Positions 8,987 to 19,254 are shown, counted from the first letter of the stretch. The stretch: DNA of 64,000 nucleotides from a virus (IMGVR_UViG_3300033144_005408:2107-66106), one strand, 5' to 3'. A program made the numbers and translations. Notes: generated by a model from the letters alone, not told the origin.

Positions 8987-9350
8987 AAACAGACCGTAAG
9001 CGGTTTTAAATTTATACTACAATTCTATCAACTGTTTTCCCCGTTTCATTCATAATATAACCAACAACCCCAGGAAACAAAACCATTGTTTTATAGTCAT
9101 CTTTGTCGTTAAGATAAAGGACACTAACGAGAGTGTCACATTCATCTACTGGATTAAAGAAGAAAATCTCATCAGGATCAATAACCCTCTTTAGAAAGTC
9201 TTCATGCTTTTCCTTCTCGTTACGGAAATGTTTACGGACAGTAATGTTATCAGCAAGTCCATAAAACTCCCTTACTAATTTTTCATCCTTCCATTCTACG
9301 ATCTTCAATGTATACATGTCTAATTTCTCCTATATGCTTACGGTCTGTTT
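8987..9350. repeat. 15-bp perfect inverted repeat bracketing one gene
   Basis: AAACAGACCGTAAGC (8987-9001) and GCTTACGGTCTGTTT (9336-9350). Confidence 0.85.
9012..9317 (-). CDS. hypothetical phage protein
   Basis: 101 aa, ends YIMNETGKTVDRIVV; sits exactly inside the inverted repeat. Confidence 0.65.
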   Translation of the reverse strand: MYTLKIVEWKDEKLVREFYGLADNITVRKHFRNEKEKHEDFLKRVIDPDEIFFFNPVDECDTLVSVLYLNDKDDYKTMVLFPGVVGYIMNETGKTVDRIVV

Positions 9351-10057
9351 ATTTTTTTACCAAATATGTTTCGTACGATAAACTCAATGGTCTTCACAGT
9401 CCTTATCAGTACAAAAGCTAACTATATCACAGTCTTTTTTCTTACCACCATCCGTCCCTCCAAACAGTATTTTAAAATCTTTTGGGTGATAATCTACTAT
9501 AACCTCAATACTTGCATCTAAATTATAGTCTAGTAATTTTACGATTAGTTCTTTTACTTTCATCTTAATTCCTCCTTGTTAGATTAACGTGATTAATAAC
9601 AATGGTGAGTTGTTCCTGGAACCCTGGAATTTCGTAATCTTCATCGTCTTTATGAATGTCGTGAAATACGTTTTTAATATATTCCTAAAAATCTTCTCCT
9701 GTCAAACCTTCATCCTCAGGATCGATAGGTTTTTTGTCTGTTCTTGTAAGGATATATTTTTGAAACAATCCTTTTTTGTTTATTTGCTCTTTCATTGTTT
9801 ATTCCTCCTTGGATTGATTAATTGCATAAGCTGATTGATTTATAAATTCATTATGGTGGTCGTGATATAACTGAGCCATCTCGTCTGATAACGCTAATTT
9901 GTCCATCTGCCAAATCTCAGCCTGTGACACCTCGCTCAAATTCACCCATGATTTTTGTGCTTCATGCCAATATGCTATCATAGGCTTACCATATCTCATT
10001 GCAATCCAATATGGACGATTAGCCCCATCTATAAACACAAATCCTTTTTCATCTTAC

Positions 10058-10564
10058 TTACTCTCCTTTCTGGTTAAATTGATATTTTTTTCTAAGTCTT
10101 CTATGTTCTATTTTGTGGCACTCATCACAAACTAATGTAAGATTATCAAAATCGTCTTCACCACCGTATTCGAGAGGTATTACATGGTGACTAATCCCAC
10201 TAAATAGAGGTACATGAACACCTCCTTTTGTGATTATAACAAACATTACCCCACAATGTGTACAGGCAAACCCAAATCTTTTATGAACTTCTCTACGGAC
10301 AGAGGAAATTCCAAGTGAATAAATCGTTGCATCTCCATGACAAGATGTTTTTCCACAATAAGCTCTTTTGCCTTTCGGCAGCGGTTCACCACATGATTGA
10401 CAAATACGTTTTTTTATAGCTTCGTCTTTACTGTCATAATACCAATCAGGATAGCGATATGTTTTTCCATTCTTAATTTTGTTAATAGAAAATTCACGAA
10501 TATAAACGGGCCGATTTCTCATCCACTTATCAATCATTTTTTCTGATAATAGTTTATCCGCCAT
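10058..10564 (-). CDS. HNH endonuclease
   Basis: CTHCG...HHVIPLEYGGEDDFDNLTLVCDECHKIEH; N-terminal CQSC..YC. Confidence 0.85.
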   Translation of the reverse strand: MADKLLSEKMIDKWMRNRPVYIREFSINKIKNGKTYRYPDWYYDSKDEAIKKRICQSCGEPLPKGKRAYCGKTSCHGDATIYSLGISSVRREVHKRFGFACTHCGVMFVIITKGGVHVPLFSGISHHVIPLEYGGEDDFDNLTLVCDECHKIEHRRLRKKYQFNQKGE

Positions 10565-10584
10565 CTTACTTACTTTACTGGTGG

Positions 10585-10905
10585 TTAAATTTTAAGATTA
10601 GGTAATTTACTTCTTCTTCCAAGTACGTAATGCTTTAAATCTCCGATTAACATTCTTGTAGATATTTCAGAAGCATACGGCTTTATGTTATCATATTTTT
10701 CGAGTGGCGGGTTAAAATCAATAACTTTATCTAAATTATGACAAATTTCGTCAAATCTTTCAGGGATAAATTCATCCCAAAATTCAGAATAGTATTTTGT
10801 TAGCTTTTTATGTAAATCCACTCTCATTTGATCTAATGAATACATTCCCGGCATCTTAGCCATATTGTTAATGAGTTTTAAATATTCAAACCAAGTGCTT
10901 TCCAT
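10585..10905 (-). CDS. hypothetical protein
   Basis: 106-aa ORF. Confidence 0.5.
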   Translation of the reverse strand: MESTWFEYLKLINNMAKMPGMYSLDQMRVDLHKKLTKYYSEFWDEFIPERFDEICHNLDKVIDFNPPLEKYDNIKPYASEISTRMLIGDLKHYVLGRRSKLPNLKI

Positions 10906-10911
10906 TTTCTT

Positions 10912-11478
10912 TTATTTTACTGGTGGTTGGGGGAGAATGATTGGATACCAATGAGTATACCAGTTTTTTATTTTATAAAGCAAATCATGTTTTTCATTAT
11001 ACTCTCGAAAATATTCTTTAATACCATCTTTACGTAATCCCCATATTTCCAAGAAACATATATCATCTATAAATTTACCCCCATCTCTGGGTTTTGGATT
11101 TACATCAACTTCAGGCAAACGATCTTCTACTGAAATCCATCTATCCTGTTCTGGAATAGATTGGGATTGAAGCATTTTTATTCTACGCCCTAACTTGAAT
11201 ACCCATAAATTACAGGCAACAATATCCCTTGCTTTTAAATCAACTTCTAGGCTTGTAATCAAAGAGTTCATATCATCATAAATATCATCAAACTCTGGAT
11301 CGTCAATTCCCTCTGTCAATTGAGAAGGTTCGGATAAAAGTGCTTTCCTAAATAACTTAACAACATCCAAAATGTAATTTACATTGTCGTTTTCATTACT
11401 AAACTCAACCCTAATTTCGTTGTTTCCTTCAAGTGTTTTTTTAAGGACTTGGCACAAATAATTTATATCGGTTCTCAT
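10912..11478 (-). CDS. hypothetical protein with DUF551-like C-terminus
   Basis: WISVEDRLPE...THWYP..PQPP. Confidence 0.6.
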   Translation of the reverse strand: MRTDINYLCQVLKKTLEGNNEIRVEFSNENDNVNYILDVVKLFRKALLSEPSQLTEGIDDPEFDDIYDDMNSLITSLEVDLKARDIVACNLWVFKLGRRIKMLQSQSIPEQDRWISVEDRLPEVDVNPKPRDGGKFIDDICFLEIWGLRKDGIKEYFREYNEKHDLLYKIKNWYTHWYPIILPQPPVK

Positions 11479-11484
11479 AGCTTT

Positions 11485-11934
11485 TTACATTTTAGTCCAG
11501 TTTGAAAAATCTAAACAAGTATAGCATGATGACGATTCATTAAACGCATTACATATGTGAACACAAGTATTACAATTATTTTGCTTTGGAGTAGAATATT
11601 GAGCGGGCCTATTGCGATGCCATTCAGCACCTTTGATAAAATATTCTTTTGCAATTTTTTCGTATTTGAGATCATTCCAATCACCTTGGCATTCATCGGT
11701 AGCAACTTGCTCTATTTCCTCATCACTAATTCTATCCAACTGCTTTGGTCGGGTGTTCCATGAGTCACCAAGTTTAAACTCACCAACTTGAAGCACACGG
11801 AATATTGCACCATCCTGCCATAGTCCTTTAATGTCTTTAGCGCAGGCTTCATCTATGTATCCTATCGCAGTGGCCATTATTATCTTGCCATTTTTTATTG
11901 ATACAAGACACGGTTTTAATTCTTGTTTTTCCAT
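11485..11934 (-). CDS. hypothetical mosaic phage protein
   Basis: FIKGAEW and C-terminal CxxCxxxC motifs. Confidence 0.5.
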   Translation of the reverse strand: MEKQELKPCLVSIKNGKIIMATAIGYIDEACAKDIKGLWQDGAIFRVLQVGEFKLGDSWNTRPKQLDRISDEEIEQVATDECQGDWNDLKYEKIAKEYFIKGAEWHRNRPAQYSTPKQNNCNTCVHICNAFNESSSCYTCLDFSNWTKM

Positions 11935-11936
11935 AA

Positions 11937-12533
11937 TTAATGTTTTCTATTTCTTGGCATTAGTAATCGTACACAATTATCTGTTTCCTGTATTCCTTGT
12001 ATGAAGGATATAAATTCAGTTTCATTTTTCGTAATATCAAAATCGTAATAAAATTCAAATCTACCAGGAATAACATATTGGTTGTAGACTTTGTAAGGGA
12101 TATCTGATCCATTTTTTTTCACTATAAACCAGAAGTCTCCTCCATTACCATCCACTGTCACCTTTATTTTGTGGTATTGGATAAGGTAAGAGATCGTCAT
12201 GTGGGCCTGTATTGGATTGTTTTTCATATCATCTACCCCTTCTCTGAGGGATTGTGCCATAGAGTCCATGTTAATCGCTAAAAAGCCCTCTAGATGGATT
12301 TCAAGACATGTGTCAGTTACTCGATTTTCTATTCGTCTTTTTGAACGAAACTCTGACTCAATAGAATCTTTATGCCAGTGGATAACCACAACACTATCCA
12401 TGGGTTTTATAATACTTAGAGCTTCCGTAGCAGAAAGTTTGTTGCGGGTAAATACTTCAGCCAGAATGAAGGGTCTCTGGCAGGTAGCTTTCACCGCTAC
12501 CAAGAGGAGGATGAATAAAAGTAATTTTTTCAT
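11937..12533 (-). CDS. secreted protein with signal peptide
   Basis: MKKLLLFILLLVAVKATC-Q; DSV, DSI, DSM sequons. Confidence 0.6.
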   Translation of the reverse strand: MKKLLLFILLLVAVKATCQRPFILAEVFTRNKLSATEALSIIKPMDSVVVIHWHKDSIESEFRSKRRIENRVTDTCLEIHLEGFLAINMDSMAQSLREGVDDMKNNPIQAHMTISYLIQYHKIKVTVDGNGGDFWFIVKKNGSDIPYKVYNQYVIPGRFEFYYDFDITKNETEFISFIQGIQETDNCVRLLMPRNRKH

Positions 12534-13225
12534 TTTAATAGTCTTTTAAGGTTTGATTTTTGATTAACAATAGTAAATGTTTCCAGACACTCAATGAGTT
12601 TAAGTATCTTTTCTTTGCTTGGTTCCGGCAGTTTATTGTTGCCCGAATCAGCACCGATAAATACAGCACTTGGTCTAATTATTTCCATAAAAACTACGAG
12701 CCTGTCAATATTAAATTCCATTATCGGCTCAATCGTTACATATCGGTCAATATGGTGAAATTTACTCATAGCATAAACCCTTTGGTGTGTTTTCGGGGTA
12801 TTTCCCATGAATTCTGGGTACCAATGATTTGTTTCAACCGTAGTACAAACCACGCTGTTTTCTGGCAGGAAATTAACCATATTCACCATTCTCTCAGGAT
12901 TCTTTGACTGAAAGAGATACTTGTTATCCGGGTATTTTTTGCAGTGGTTAAGAATATCTATAATGTAATCTAATGGAATATCTTCAGCGAATAGGTCATG
13001 TTGTGCGCAAACAAAGATAAAATTATCCTTACCTAAATTAGTTAGCAGTTCCTTTTCGGCCAGTCTTACTTTCCCTGAATATTTTTCAATCAGGACAGGA
13101 TAATAGAATTTATTGGAACTACAATATTTACAGGCATGTTTACAGACCCCAGCTAACGGGTTCCAAGTATTTGTAATCCAGTTTTGGTACATATTACCAC
13201 CTGTTTTGACTTTATTTAACCCCAT
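12530..13225 (-). CDS. DUF5131 / Gp37Gp68-family radical-SAM-like protein
   Basis: TWNPLAGVCKHACKYCS (CxxxCxxC), IFVCAQHDLF, SKNP, TIEPI. Confidence 0.8.
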   Translation of the reverse strand: MGLNKVKTGGNMYQNWITNTWNPLAGVCKHACKYCSSNKFYYPVLIEKYSGKVRLAEKELLTNLGKDNFIFVCAQHDLFAEDIPLDYIIDILNHCKKYPDNKYLFQSKNPERMVNMVNFLPENSVVCTTVETNHWYPEFMGNTPKTHQRVYAMSKFHHIDRYVTIEPIMEFNIDRLVVFMEIIRPSAVFIGADSGNNKLPEPSKEKILKLIECLETFTIVNQKSNLKRLLK

Positions 13226-13231
13226 AATGTT

Positions 13232-13918
13232 CTATCTAAATGATTCTCCTGTTAAATTTACATAGTTGAAAATATACTTGTAGCGATCAACCATCCTACC
13301 AACACCATCCTTGTATTCATACCGCTTATAGAATTCTGGCAGGCTTAGATTCATTGTACCGAAAGTAAACAGCCTCTTTTCAAATCGCTCATAAATAATG
13401 TTCCGGATAATTTCATCACCCTTACTTGTTGTTTGTTCGAGTCCAATGTCGTTAATCCCCAGGTATCGGTAATTTTGCACCATATAAGCTATTGAATAAC
13501 CATCTACCGGGTCAACATAGAATTGTTGCTTTATGTACGGGGCGGTGTGTAAAGTCAGCTCCTTACCCCATAAATCCATAATACAACGCCTCATCATTTC
13601 CAGGATAATAGTCTTTCCGGTTCCTACCTGGCCTGAAAATAATATCCCTTTTCGGTAATCCAGATTTCCACTCTGTTTGGCTAAGTAAAATTTTAAGTCA
13701 GATAATACAGTCTTATTCTCATCAGTCACAATAAACTTAGTCTTATCGTTTGCCGGATCTTCGATGACAAGCGAGTGAAGATGAAACAACATATTAAACC
13801 TAACCTCTTCGAGCCTCTTCTTGCTCGGCTTTGAGTTGGGCGATTGCTTCTTCTGGTGTGACTGTGTAGTCTCGAACTGTGGTTTTAACCTGCTCATCAT
13901 TACTTTTATCGTGTCCAT
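13232..13918 (-). CDS. DnaC/IstB-like ATPase (helicase loader)
   Basis: Walker A GQVGTGKT, INDIGLE, TMNL, downstream of the initiator. Confidence 0.75.
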   Translation of the reverse strand: MDTIKVMMSRLKPQFETTQSHQKKQSPNSKPSKKRLEEVRFNMLFHLHSLVIEDPANDKTKFIVTDENKTVLSDLKFYLAKQSGNLDYRKGILFSGQVGTGKTIILEMMRRCIMDLWGKELTLHTAPYIKQQFYVDPVDGYSIAYMVQNYRYLGINDIGLEQTTSKGDEIIRNIIYERFEKRLFTFGTMNLSLPEFYKRYEYKDGVGRMVDRYKYIFNYVNLTGESFR

Positions 13919-14597
13919 AATTATTGTTTTTCCAACGTTCTAATCTTTTTTTAGTATCCCAAGTGGTTTCTTTTTCCTGACGGAATTTTCTTGCTTTATC
14001 ACTATACTCAGTCCAGTAATCTATAAACTTTCTAACCCCTTGACCAGAAAGAATCTTAAATTCATTATTGATTAAAAGAGTTTGGTTTTCAAACTCTGTT
14101 TTTCTTTCTATTATATCTTTCTTTATTTCCTTATTCTCTTTATTCTCTTTATTGTTTGTCGCCTTTTGCAGACTTTCTGCGGACTTTTTGAGGTCTTTTT
14201 GCAGACTTTCTACGGTCTTTCTATGGTCTTTTTTTAATTTCTCAATATCTTCAAAGTCTTGATAATCAATAAAGTTTACTAATTTTATACTGGTCTTTTT
14301 TGAGTCACTTTTATAAACCAACATTGAATCTTTTTCGAGAACTTTTATAAATTTTATTAATTTACTCTTTGACCAACCCCATCGTGACATTAACTTTTTC
14401 TGGCTAGTTATCACCTCACCTCGTTTACAATTAATTAAATCCTCTCCAATAAAAACATTTTGATCTTTGTGATTAACCATCATGATTAAATCTATCCACG
14501 CCTCATATTTCGTAAATGGTCTACCGGCAGGGTAAATCCAATGGGTTTTAATTGATCTATAAATACCAACCCAACCATATTTGTAATTATCTTTCAT
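13800..14597 (-). CDS. phage replication initiator (replisome organiser)
   Basis: GWVGIYRSI..HW, AWIDLIMM, RGEVITSQKKL wHTH, FIDYWTE...TWDTKKRL; internal iterons. Confidence 0.8.
   Translation of the reverse strand: MKDNYKYGWVGIYRSIKTHWIYPAGRPFTKYEAWIDLIMMVNHKDQNVFIGEDLINCKRGEVITSQKKLMSRWGWSKSKLIKFIKVLEKDSMLVYKSDSKKTSIKLVNFIDYQDFEDIEKLKKDHRKTVESLQKDLKKSAESLQKATNNKENKENKEIKKDIIERKTEFENQTLLINNEFKILSGQGVRKFIDYWTEYSDKARKFRQEKETTWDTKKRLERWKNNNYGHDKSNDEQVKTTVRDYTVTPEEAIAQLKAEQEEARRG
14168..14233. repeat. six tandem 11-bp iterons, probable replication origin
   Basis: gcagactttct/gcggacttttt/gaggtcttttt/gcagactttct/acggtctttct/atggtcttttt; period not a multiple of 3. Confidence 0.75.
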
Positions 14598-14716
14598 GAT
14601 GGTGGGTATAAAAAAAACGAACCGAGTCCAAGGTAGCCGCCCCTTTCCCGATCCGTTCTATAAGTGAATCGTTGTAAAAATATTCAATATGTATAATGTC
14701 GGCTACCATTATGATT

Positions 14717-14724
14717 CAAAGATA
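14717..14724 (-). promoter_or_regulatory. Bacteroidota -7 box upstream of the initiator
   Basis: TATCTTTG on - strand. Confidence 0.5.
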
Positions 14725-14881
14725 CATTTTTTTAACTAATTCTTAAATTTTTTATATAAACTTTTCTATAAAAGTGTGTTTTCACGTATTTATAACTACT
14801 TATCTTACAACTACTTTCATAAAGTTGGGAATTCACGACTTTATAAAACATTGATTATTAGTAATATACATTTTTTCATAA

Positions 14882-15502
14882 TTACTTATCCAAAGCCTTT
14901 TGAATCCCTATCCTAATAGCTTGGTTATTGTCTTTTAGTGCACCACTAAGGAGAGCAATGTTTTCATGAATCTTATCACGTAGCTTAAGTTGACTCTCTG
15001 TGGCATTTTCCCAATCATCCTCCTCAGCCTTGACGCCACACGCTAATCTAATAATATTAGCCAACTTCTTGATACTCTTTGGAAAGGTAGATTTATTAGA
15101 GCAATTAAGATATAGCGCACCTGTCATAATCTTATAGGAATCACCAGAATTATTCCTGGCCTTTAATAATTCATCATAAAGCCAACCATATACCTCAATC
15201 TTTAATTTTGGAGAAATACTTAGTGCTAGATCAATAAACAAATAAGGATGGATCCATGTACCCCCATTATTCCCTCTGGTTGTAACCATAACCTCACCAA
15301 ACTGCTCCTTCATTTCTTTGATGAATTCCTTAGTGCTTTTACTTACCTTCCATGAATTTAATGAAAACGACTTAAGTTTATTAACAAGCCTCCAGTTATT
15401 ACCATGAAGAATAAGGTCGTTTGCTGAAAGAAATCCCGTCTTTGATTTTTGCCTTATATGTCCATCAAACAATTTTCTCACCATCACCACTTCTGTTTTC
15501 AT
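14882..15502 (-). CDS. KilA-N domain protein
   Basis: IRQKSKTGFLSANDL...TTRGNNGGTWIHPYLFIDLALSISP; own TATATTTG box at 15526-15533. Confidence 0.85.
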   Translation of the reverse strand: MKTEVVMVRKLFDGHIRQKSKTGFLSANDLILHGNNWRLVNKLKSFSLNSWKVSKSTKEFIKEMKEQFGEVMVTTRGNNGGTWIHPYLFIDLALSISPKLKIEVYGWLYDELLKARNNSGDSYKIMTGALYLNCSNKSTFPKSIKKLANIIRLACGVKAEEDDWENATESQLKLRDKIHENIALLSGALKDNNQAIRIGIQKALDK

Positions 15503-15612
15503 AATTCAAATGTATTGGATTAGTGCAAATATATAATATAATCAATCAATTATAAAAGATTATTCAATTATTTCGTTGTATTTGGTAAAGATATTTATTA
15601 ACAAAGGCATAT

Positions 15613-16113
15613 TTACCTTACCTTATCCCCCGGCCTTGCAATCTTCAAAGCAGTAGTTGGCCGGGAAACGGTTTTGTTTCCTGTCTCGTTATATTGAATA
15701 AGGTGTTCTTCACCTTTCCAAAAGGATGCTTTAATCATAGAATGGTAGCTTTCCGGCTTACCTTTAATTATAAAATATTTTCCATGTTGCAGCTCCAGGT
15801 TAAATACTACGCTATCTGCGAACTTTGTGGCAGCATCCTCAATCTCATCTAAAGACAGGGGCATCCGGGTTCCATCTTTTCTGAGCTCAACAAAAGTTTT
15901 AAGCTCATCCCTGGTGCAAAACTCATAGAGCTTTATTAACTGGTCCTCTGAGAGCTTTTTTAGTGCTCTCTTATCCCACTCCCACTTTTTATTTGGGGCT
16001 CCTGTGATGCTTCCTAAGTCTTTTACAGCCGGGTGGCCGATCAACTTTAACTCAGGGCATGTTCCCCGGACCAGTGTCACAAGGGCTTTTTTACTGATGA
16101 TTACTTTTTTCAT
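15613..16113 (-). CDS. hypothetical protein
   Basis: 166-aa ORF. Confidence 0.5.
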   Translation of the reverse strand: MKKVIISKKALVTLVRGTCPELKLIGHPAVKDLGSITGAPNKKWEWDKRALKKLSEDQLIKLYEFCTRDELKTFVELRKDGTRMPLSLDEIEDAATKFADSVVFNLELQHGKYFIIKGKPESYHSMIKASFWKGEEHLIQYNETGNKTVSRPTTALKIARPGDKVR

Positions 16114-16206
16114 ATCAATATTGTTTAGTTTTTTTCTCCTCTATTTCTGCTAGGATAGCTACTATTAGTAGTATAACACAGACCACTTTTTTCATAATGC
16201 TTTTTA

Positions 16207-16806
16207 TTATTTGTCCAGCACATCAGCACCGAATAGTTTATCTAATCCTCTTTCTTTGACAATATCATTTCTAGTACCCTTTACCCTGTGGAATAACTTG
16301 TGACATGGCTCTGAACCATCGGATCTGGTGGTGCAAATATGATATAGATTCACCATATTATGAAGGTTTGGATGATTAGGCTTCTCTGATCGGTAGACTA
16401 AATGATGAGTCTCAAAGGTCACTCCTATTGAAGCACCACAATACTCACAATATAAGTGCCCTTTGTCTCCTATAAGGATCTCCCTTAACCTAATTTTATT
16501 TATCAATAATTCCTGCTCAAGTTTTTTGTGCCTGGCAGATATCTTCCTTATTCCCTGACTACCTACAACAACCTTAGTTTTTTTAAATCTCTTGTAATAA
16601 CAGGCCATTGAGCACACATTCTGTAATCGTTTAAGAGGAATAAACTTCTTTCCGCACTGAGCGCAAACCCTTTCTTTAGGCACAACCTTCTTTCCTCCAT
16701 TTTTCGGAGCACACCCGTATGAGCAATACTTTTGTAGAGAATTCCTTTGAGAAAACTTCTTTCCACAGGTCTTACACTTCTTGGGTTTACGCTCCTTTTG
16801 TTTCAT
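16207..16806 (-). CDS. NinG-like zinc-finger/HNH nuclease
   Basis: two CxxCG..F....QxxCSxxC fingers, CEYCG, HHLVYRS...NL..IC...CH. Confidence 0.65.
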   Translation of the reverse strand: MKQKERKPKKCKTCGKKFSQRNSLQKYCSYGCAPKNGGKKVVPKERVCAQCGKKFIPLKRLQNVCSMACYYKRFKKTKVVVGSQGIRKISARHKKLEQELLINKIRLREILIGDKGHLYCEYCGASIGVTFETHHLVYRSEKPNHPNLHNMVNLYHICTTRSDGSEPCHKLFHRVKGTRNDIVKERGLDKLFGADVLDK

Positions 16807-17228
16807 TTATTTTTGAATTCTGGATCTTGTTGTATCATCTCATAAGCGATCACACTAGCAAATGCCTTGTATACTGCCTGAAGTATGCTGTTATGTGTGT
16901 GTGGGTAGTTTTTTATTCCAGAGTAATCCCCGTAGGTAACCATAATATCCTTGATAAAATACTCCTTACCATTCAGATTAAACTTTAGGTGGTACACTTT
17001 GTCATTTTTCATACCAGCATTGATTTTCTCCTGCCACATTATAATACAGGCTTTCATAACATTATTATCAACACTGATCACTTCCAAAACACGCTTTTCA
17101 GCCTCTTTCTCAAGCTCTCTCAGGAGTTTAACGCTCTCATCAGTAGGAGCCTTATGTTCGTTTATAGTAACATTTTTCGCATAAGGAACATTCTCATGCC
17201 TGTGAATATGTGTATCGAATAATCCCAT
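16803..17228 (-). CDS. hypothetical protein
   Basis: EHKAPTDESVKLLRELE motif; coupled to neighbours. Confidence 0.55.
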   Translation of the reverse strand: MGLFDTHIHRHENVPYAKNVTINEHKAPTDESVKLLRELEKEAEKRVLEVISVDNNVMKACIIMWQEKINAGMKNDKVYHLKFNLNGKEYFIKDIMVTYGDYSGIKNYPHTHNSILQAVYKAFASVIAYEMIQQDPEFKNK

Positions 17229-17884
17229 AATTATTTTGTGTTAGTTTTCCAAAGCTCAATAAACTTCTCCCTAGCAACAGGGCATAAGGCTTTCCTGTTA
17301 GAATAACTCCTGTCCTCATAAAAAAAAACAGTGCCTCCTCCTGTAAAATAAACAGTGTACCTCAACCAAGCAGTATCTCCCCCGACTGGTCCTACACGTT
17401 CTACCTTGCTGAAATCAATTGTTTCTTGTCCTACATCTACTATCATAACTACTCAGTCTTAAAATTCTTAATACTTTCAAGAAACTTCTGTGATCTAATG
17501 TGCAGTTCTACCCTGCTTTGCATGTGGAAAGCAATAAGATCCTCAAAACTTTGGATCATATCTCTGGTCATATCTTCGTGGAAAAGATTCTTATCAAAAA
17601 TCATATCCACCATTACTTTGGCATCAGCCTTAAAAATTTTATCATCCATAATTATCTTATTTAATGCGGTTTACGCTCCTTTGAATTCATTTATTCTTCT
17701 CTAATCTCAAGTACCATTCCATCTAACTCATCATTAATCCAAACCTCACTAGGGATCCCGTTTAGATAAGCAGATTCAACCTCTCTATTATTAGCATCTT
17801 CAATAGCCTCTTCTAGTGTATCAGCCTCAACTGTTGTATGAACACTAACTGTTACATTGCCAACTAACTTGAATAATCCCATAA

Positions 17885-18745
17885 CTACCTTAATTTAGAA
17901 ACAAACTCAATCGCTGCTCTGGCATCCTCAATACCCCAACCTTCTCCGGCTAGGATCTTCTTATAGCTCTCTGTATGGAGATCAGTAAAGCCGGAATTAA
18001 TATCCAGCTCATTCATCCCTACTGTGATTTTACGGTATGACCTGCCGCCACCTGGGATGTTTTTAGGGTCAATAGAGAGAATATATCTAACATAACTACC
18101 ACCCTCAAAACCTAAGCCACCCTCTATCATAGACTTTGTTTGCTTAAATACCGCATTCCTTACAATAGGACCAAATACGTAAATGAGCATATCGAACAGG
18201 TGTATTGCGATATTAGTGGCAATACCACCAGACTTTTCGACATCTCCTTTCCAACTATATTTATACCAACTACCCCTGGCAGTGTAGTATTCAAGATTAA
18301 TGTCATAATGAGTAGAAATATTATCCATCGTCTTCTTGAGTTTGATTATCTCCGGATGAAGACGCATTTGGAGAATGACATTTACTTTCTTTCCTGTTGA
18401 CTGTTCTAATTCCTGAATTCCGTCCAGGTTTCGGGTATTCAACACAAGAGGCTTCTCGCAAATGACACTAAGCCCAGAACGTAACCCATAGCGTATATGG
18501 GCATCATGTAAATAATTGGGTGAACATATCACCAGGTAGTCAATAGTTCCTCTGAGCTTATATAGCTCCCTGTCCATGCGCTCAAATTCCCGGAAGTATT
18601 TGGCCTCTGGAAAGTAAGAATCTATTATTCCTACTGAGTCACTTGGGTCGTGGAAGCAAACAAGTTCTCCACCTGTATCTTTGATGGCTTTAAGGTGTTT
18701 TGGACTCACATACCCTGCGGTACCGAACATTGCATAGCGTTTCAT
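17885..18745 (-). CDS. wbpB: Gfo/Idh/MocA oxidoreductase, WbpB/WlbA-like UDP-GlcNAcA 3-dehydrogenase
   Basis: GTAGYVSPKHLKAIKDTG, DPSDSVGIIDSYFP, SPNYLHDAH, CEKPL, SWKG..KSGGIATNIAIH, FTDLHTESY. Confidence 0.88.
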   Translation of the reverse strand: MKRYAMFGTAGYVSPKHLKAIKDTGGELVCFHDPSDSVGIIDSYFPEAKYFREFERMDRELYKLRGTIDYLVICSPNYLHDAHIRYGLRSGLSVICEKPLVLNTRNLDGIQELEQSTGKKVNVILQMRLHPEIIKLKKTMDNISTHYDINLEYYTARGSWYKYSWKGDVEKSGGIATNIAIHLFDMLIYVFGPIVRNAVFKQTKSMIEGGLGFEGGSYVRYILSIDPKNIPGGGRSYRKITVGMNELDINSGFTDLHTESYKKILAGEGWGIEDARAAIEFVSKLR

Positions 18746-19254
18746 TCTGGTCTTTTTAAAATATTTAATCTATTAAATTCTAAATTATTGTCAAGTATAT
18801 ATTGGTCTTTTGCTAATGCAGCCTCGTATTCAGTCATAAACATTCCAATGAACACAGATTTACCATTAACACGAAAAGCCGCCTTCCATCTTTTCTTTCT
18901 CTTTGTTTTAGGCTTTATCACCGATACATGACAGATACCAACGTATTTAGAAGAAGAGCCTCTCATTGATCTCTTATTGCACTGATTTTGCGAAGGAGTA
19001 CAAGGACGTAAATTGCTTCTCTGATTATTTAATCCATCACCATCTATGTGATCAGTATGTAGCCCTATAACGTCATCTCCTAAAATTTGGCGGTGCATAT
19101 GAATTGAATGAGAATCATTTCTTTTCCCTATTTTTCTTCCTGCATAATTCACTGTACTTCCCTTATAAACGTACCACTTATGCTTCGACAATTCCTCATA
19201 GTCATCATCGTCAACGATGGTGACATATCCCATAGATAACTCAATTGTTTTCAT
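18742..19254 (-). CDS. HNH-AP2 homing endonuclease (start MKTIEL inferred)
   Basis: IVDDDDYE, MHRQI, DHIDGDGLNNQRSNLR, SSKYVGI..W.A.F AP2 domain; own TATATTTG box at 19377-19384. Confidence 0.9.
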   Translation of the reverse strand: MKTIELSMGYVTIVDDDDYEELSKHKWYVYKGSTVNYAGRKIGKRNDSHSIHMHRQILGDDVIGLHTDHIDGDGLNNQRSNLRPCTPSQNQCNKRSMRGSSSKYVGICHVSVIKPKTKRKKRWKAAFRVNGKSVFIGMFMTEYEAALAKDQYILDNNLEFNRLNILKRPE

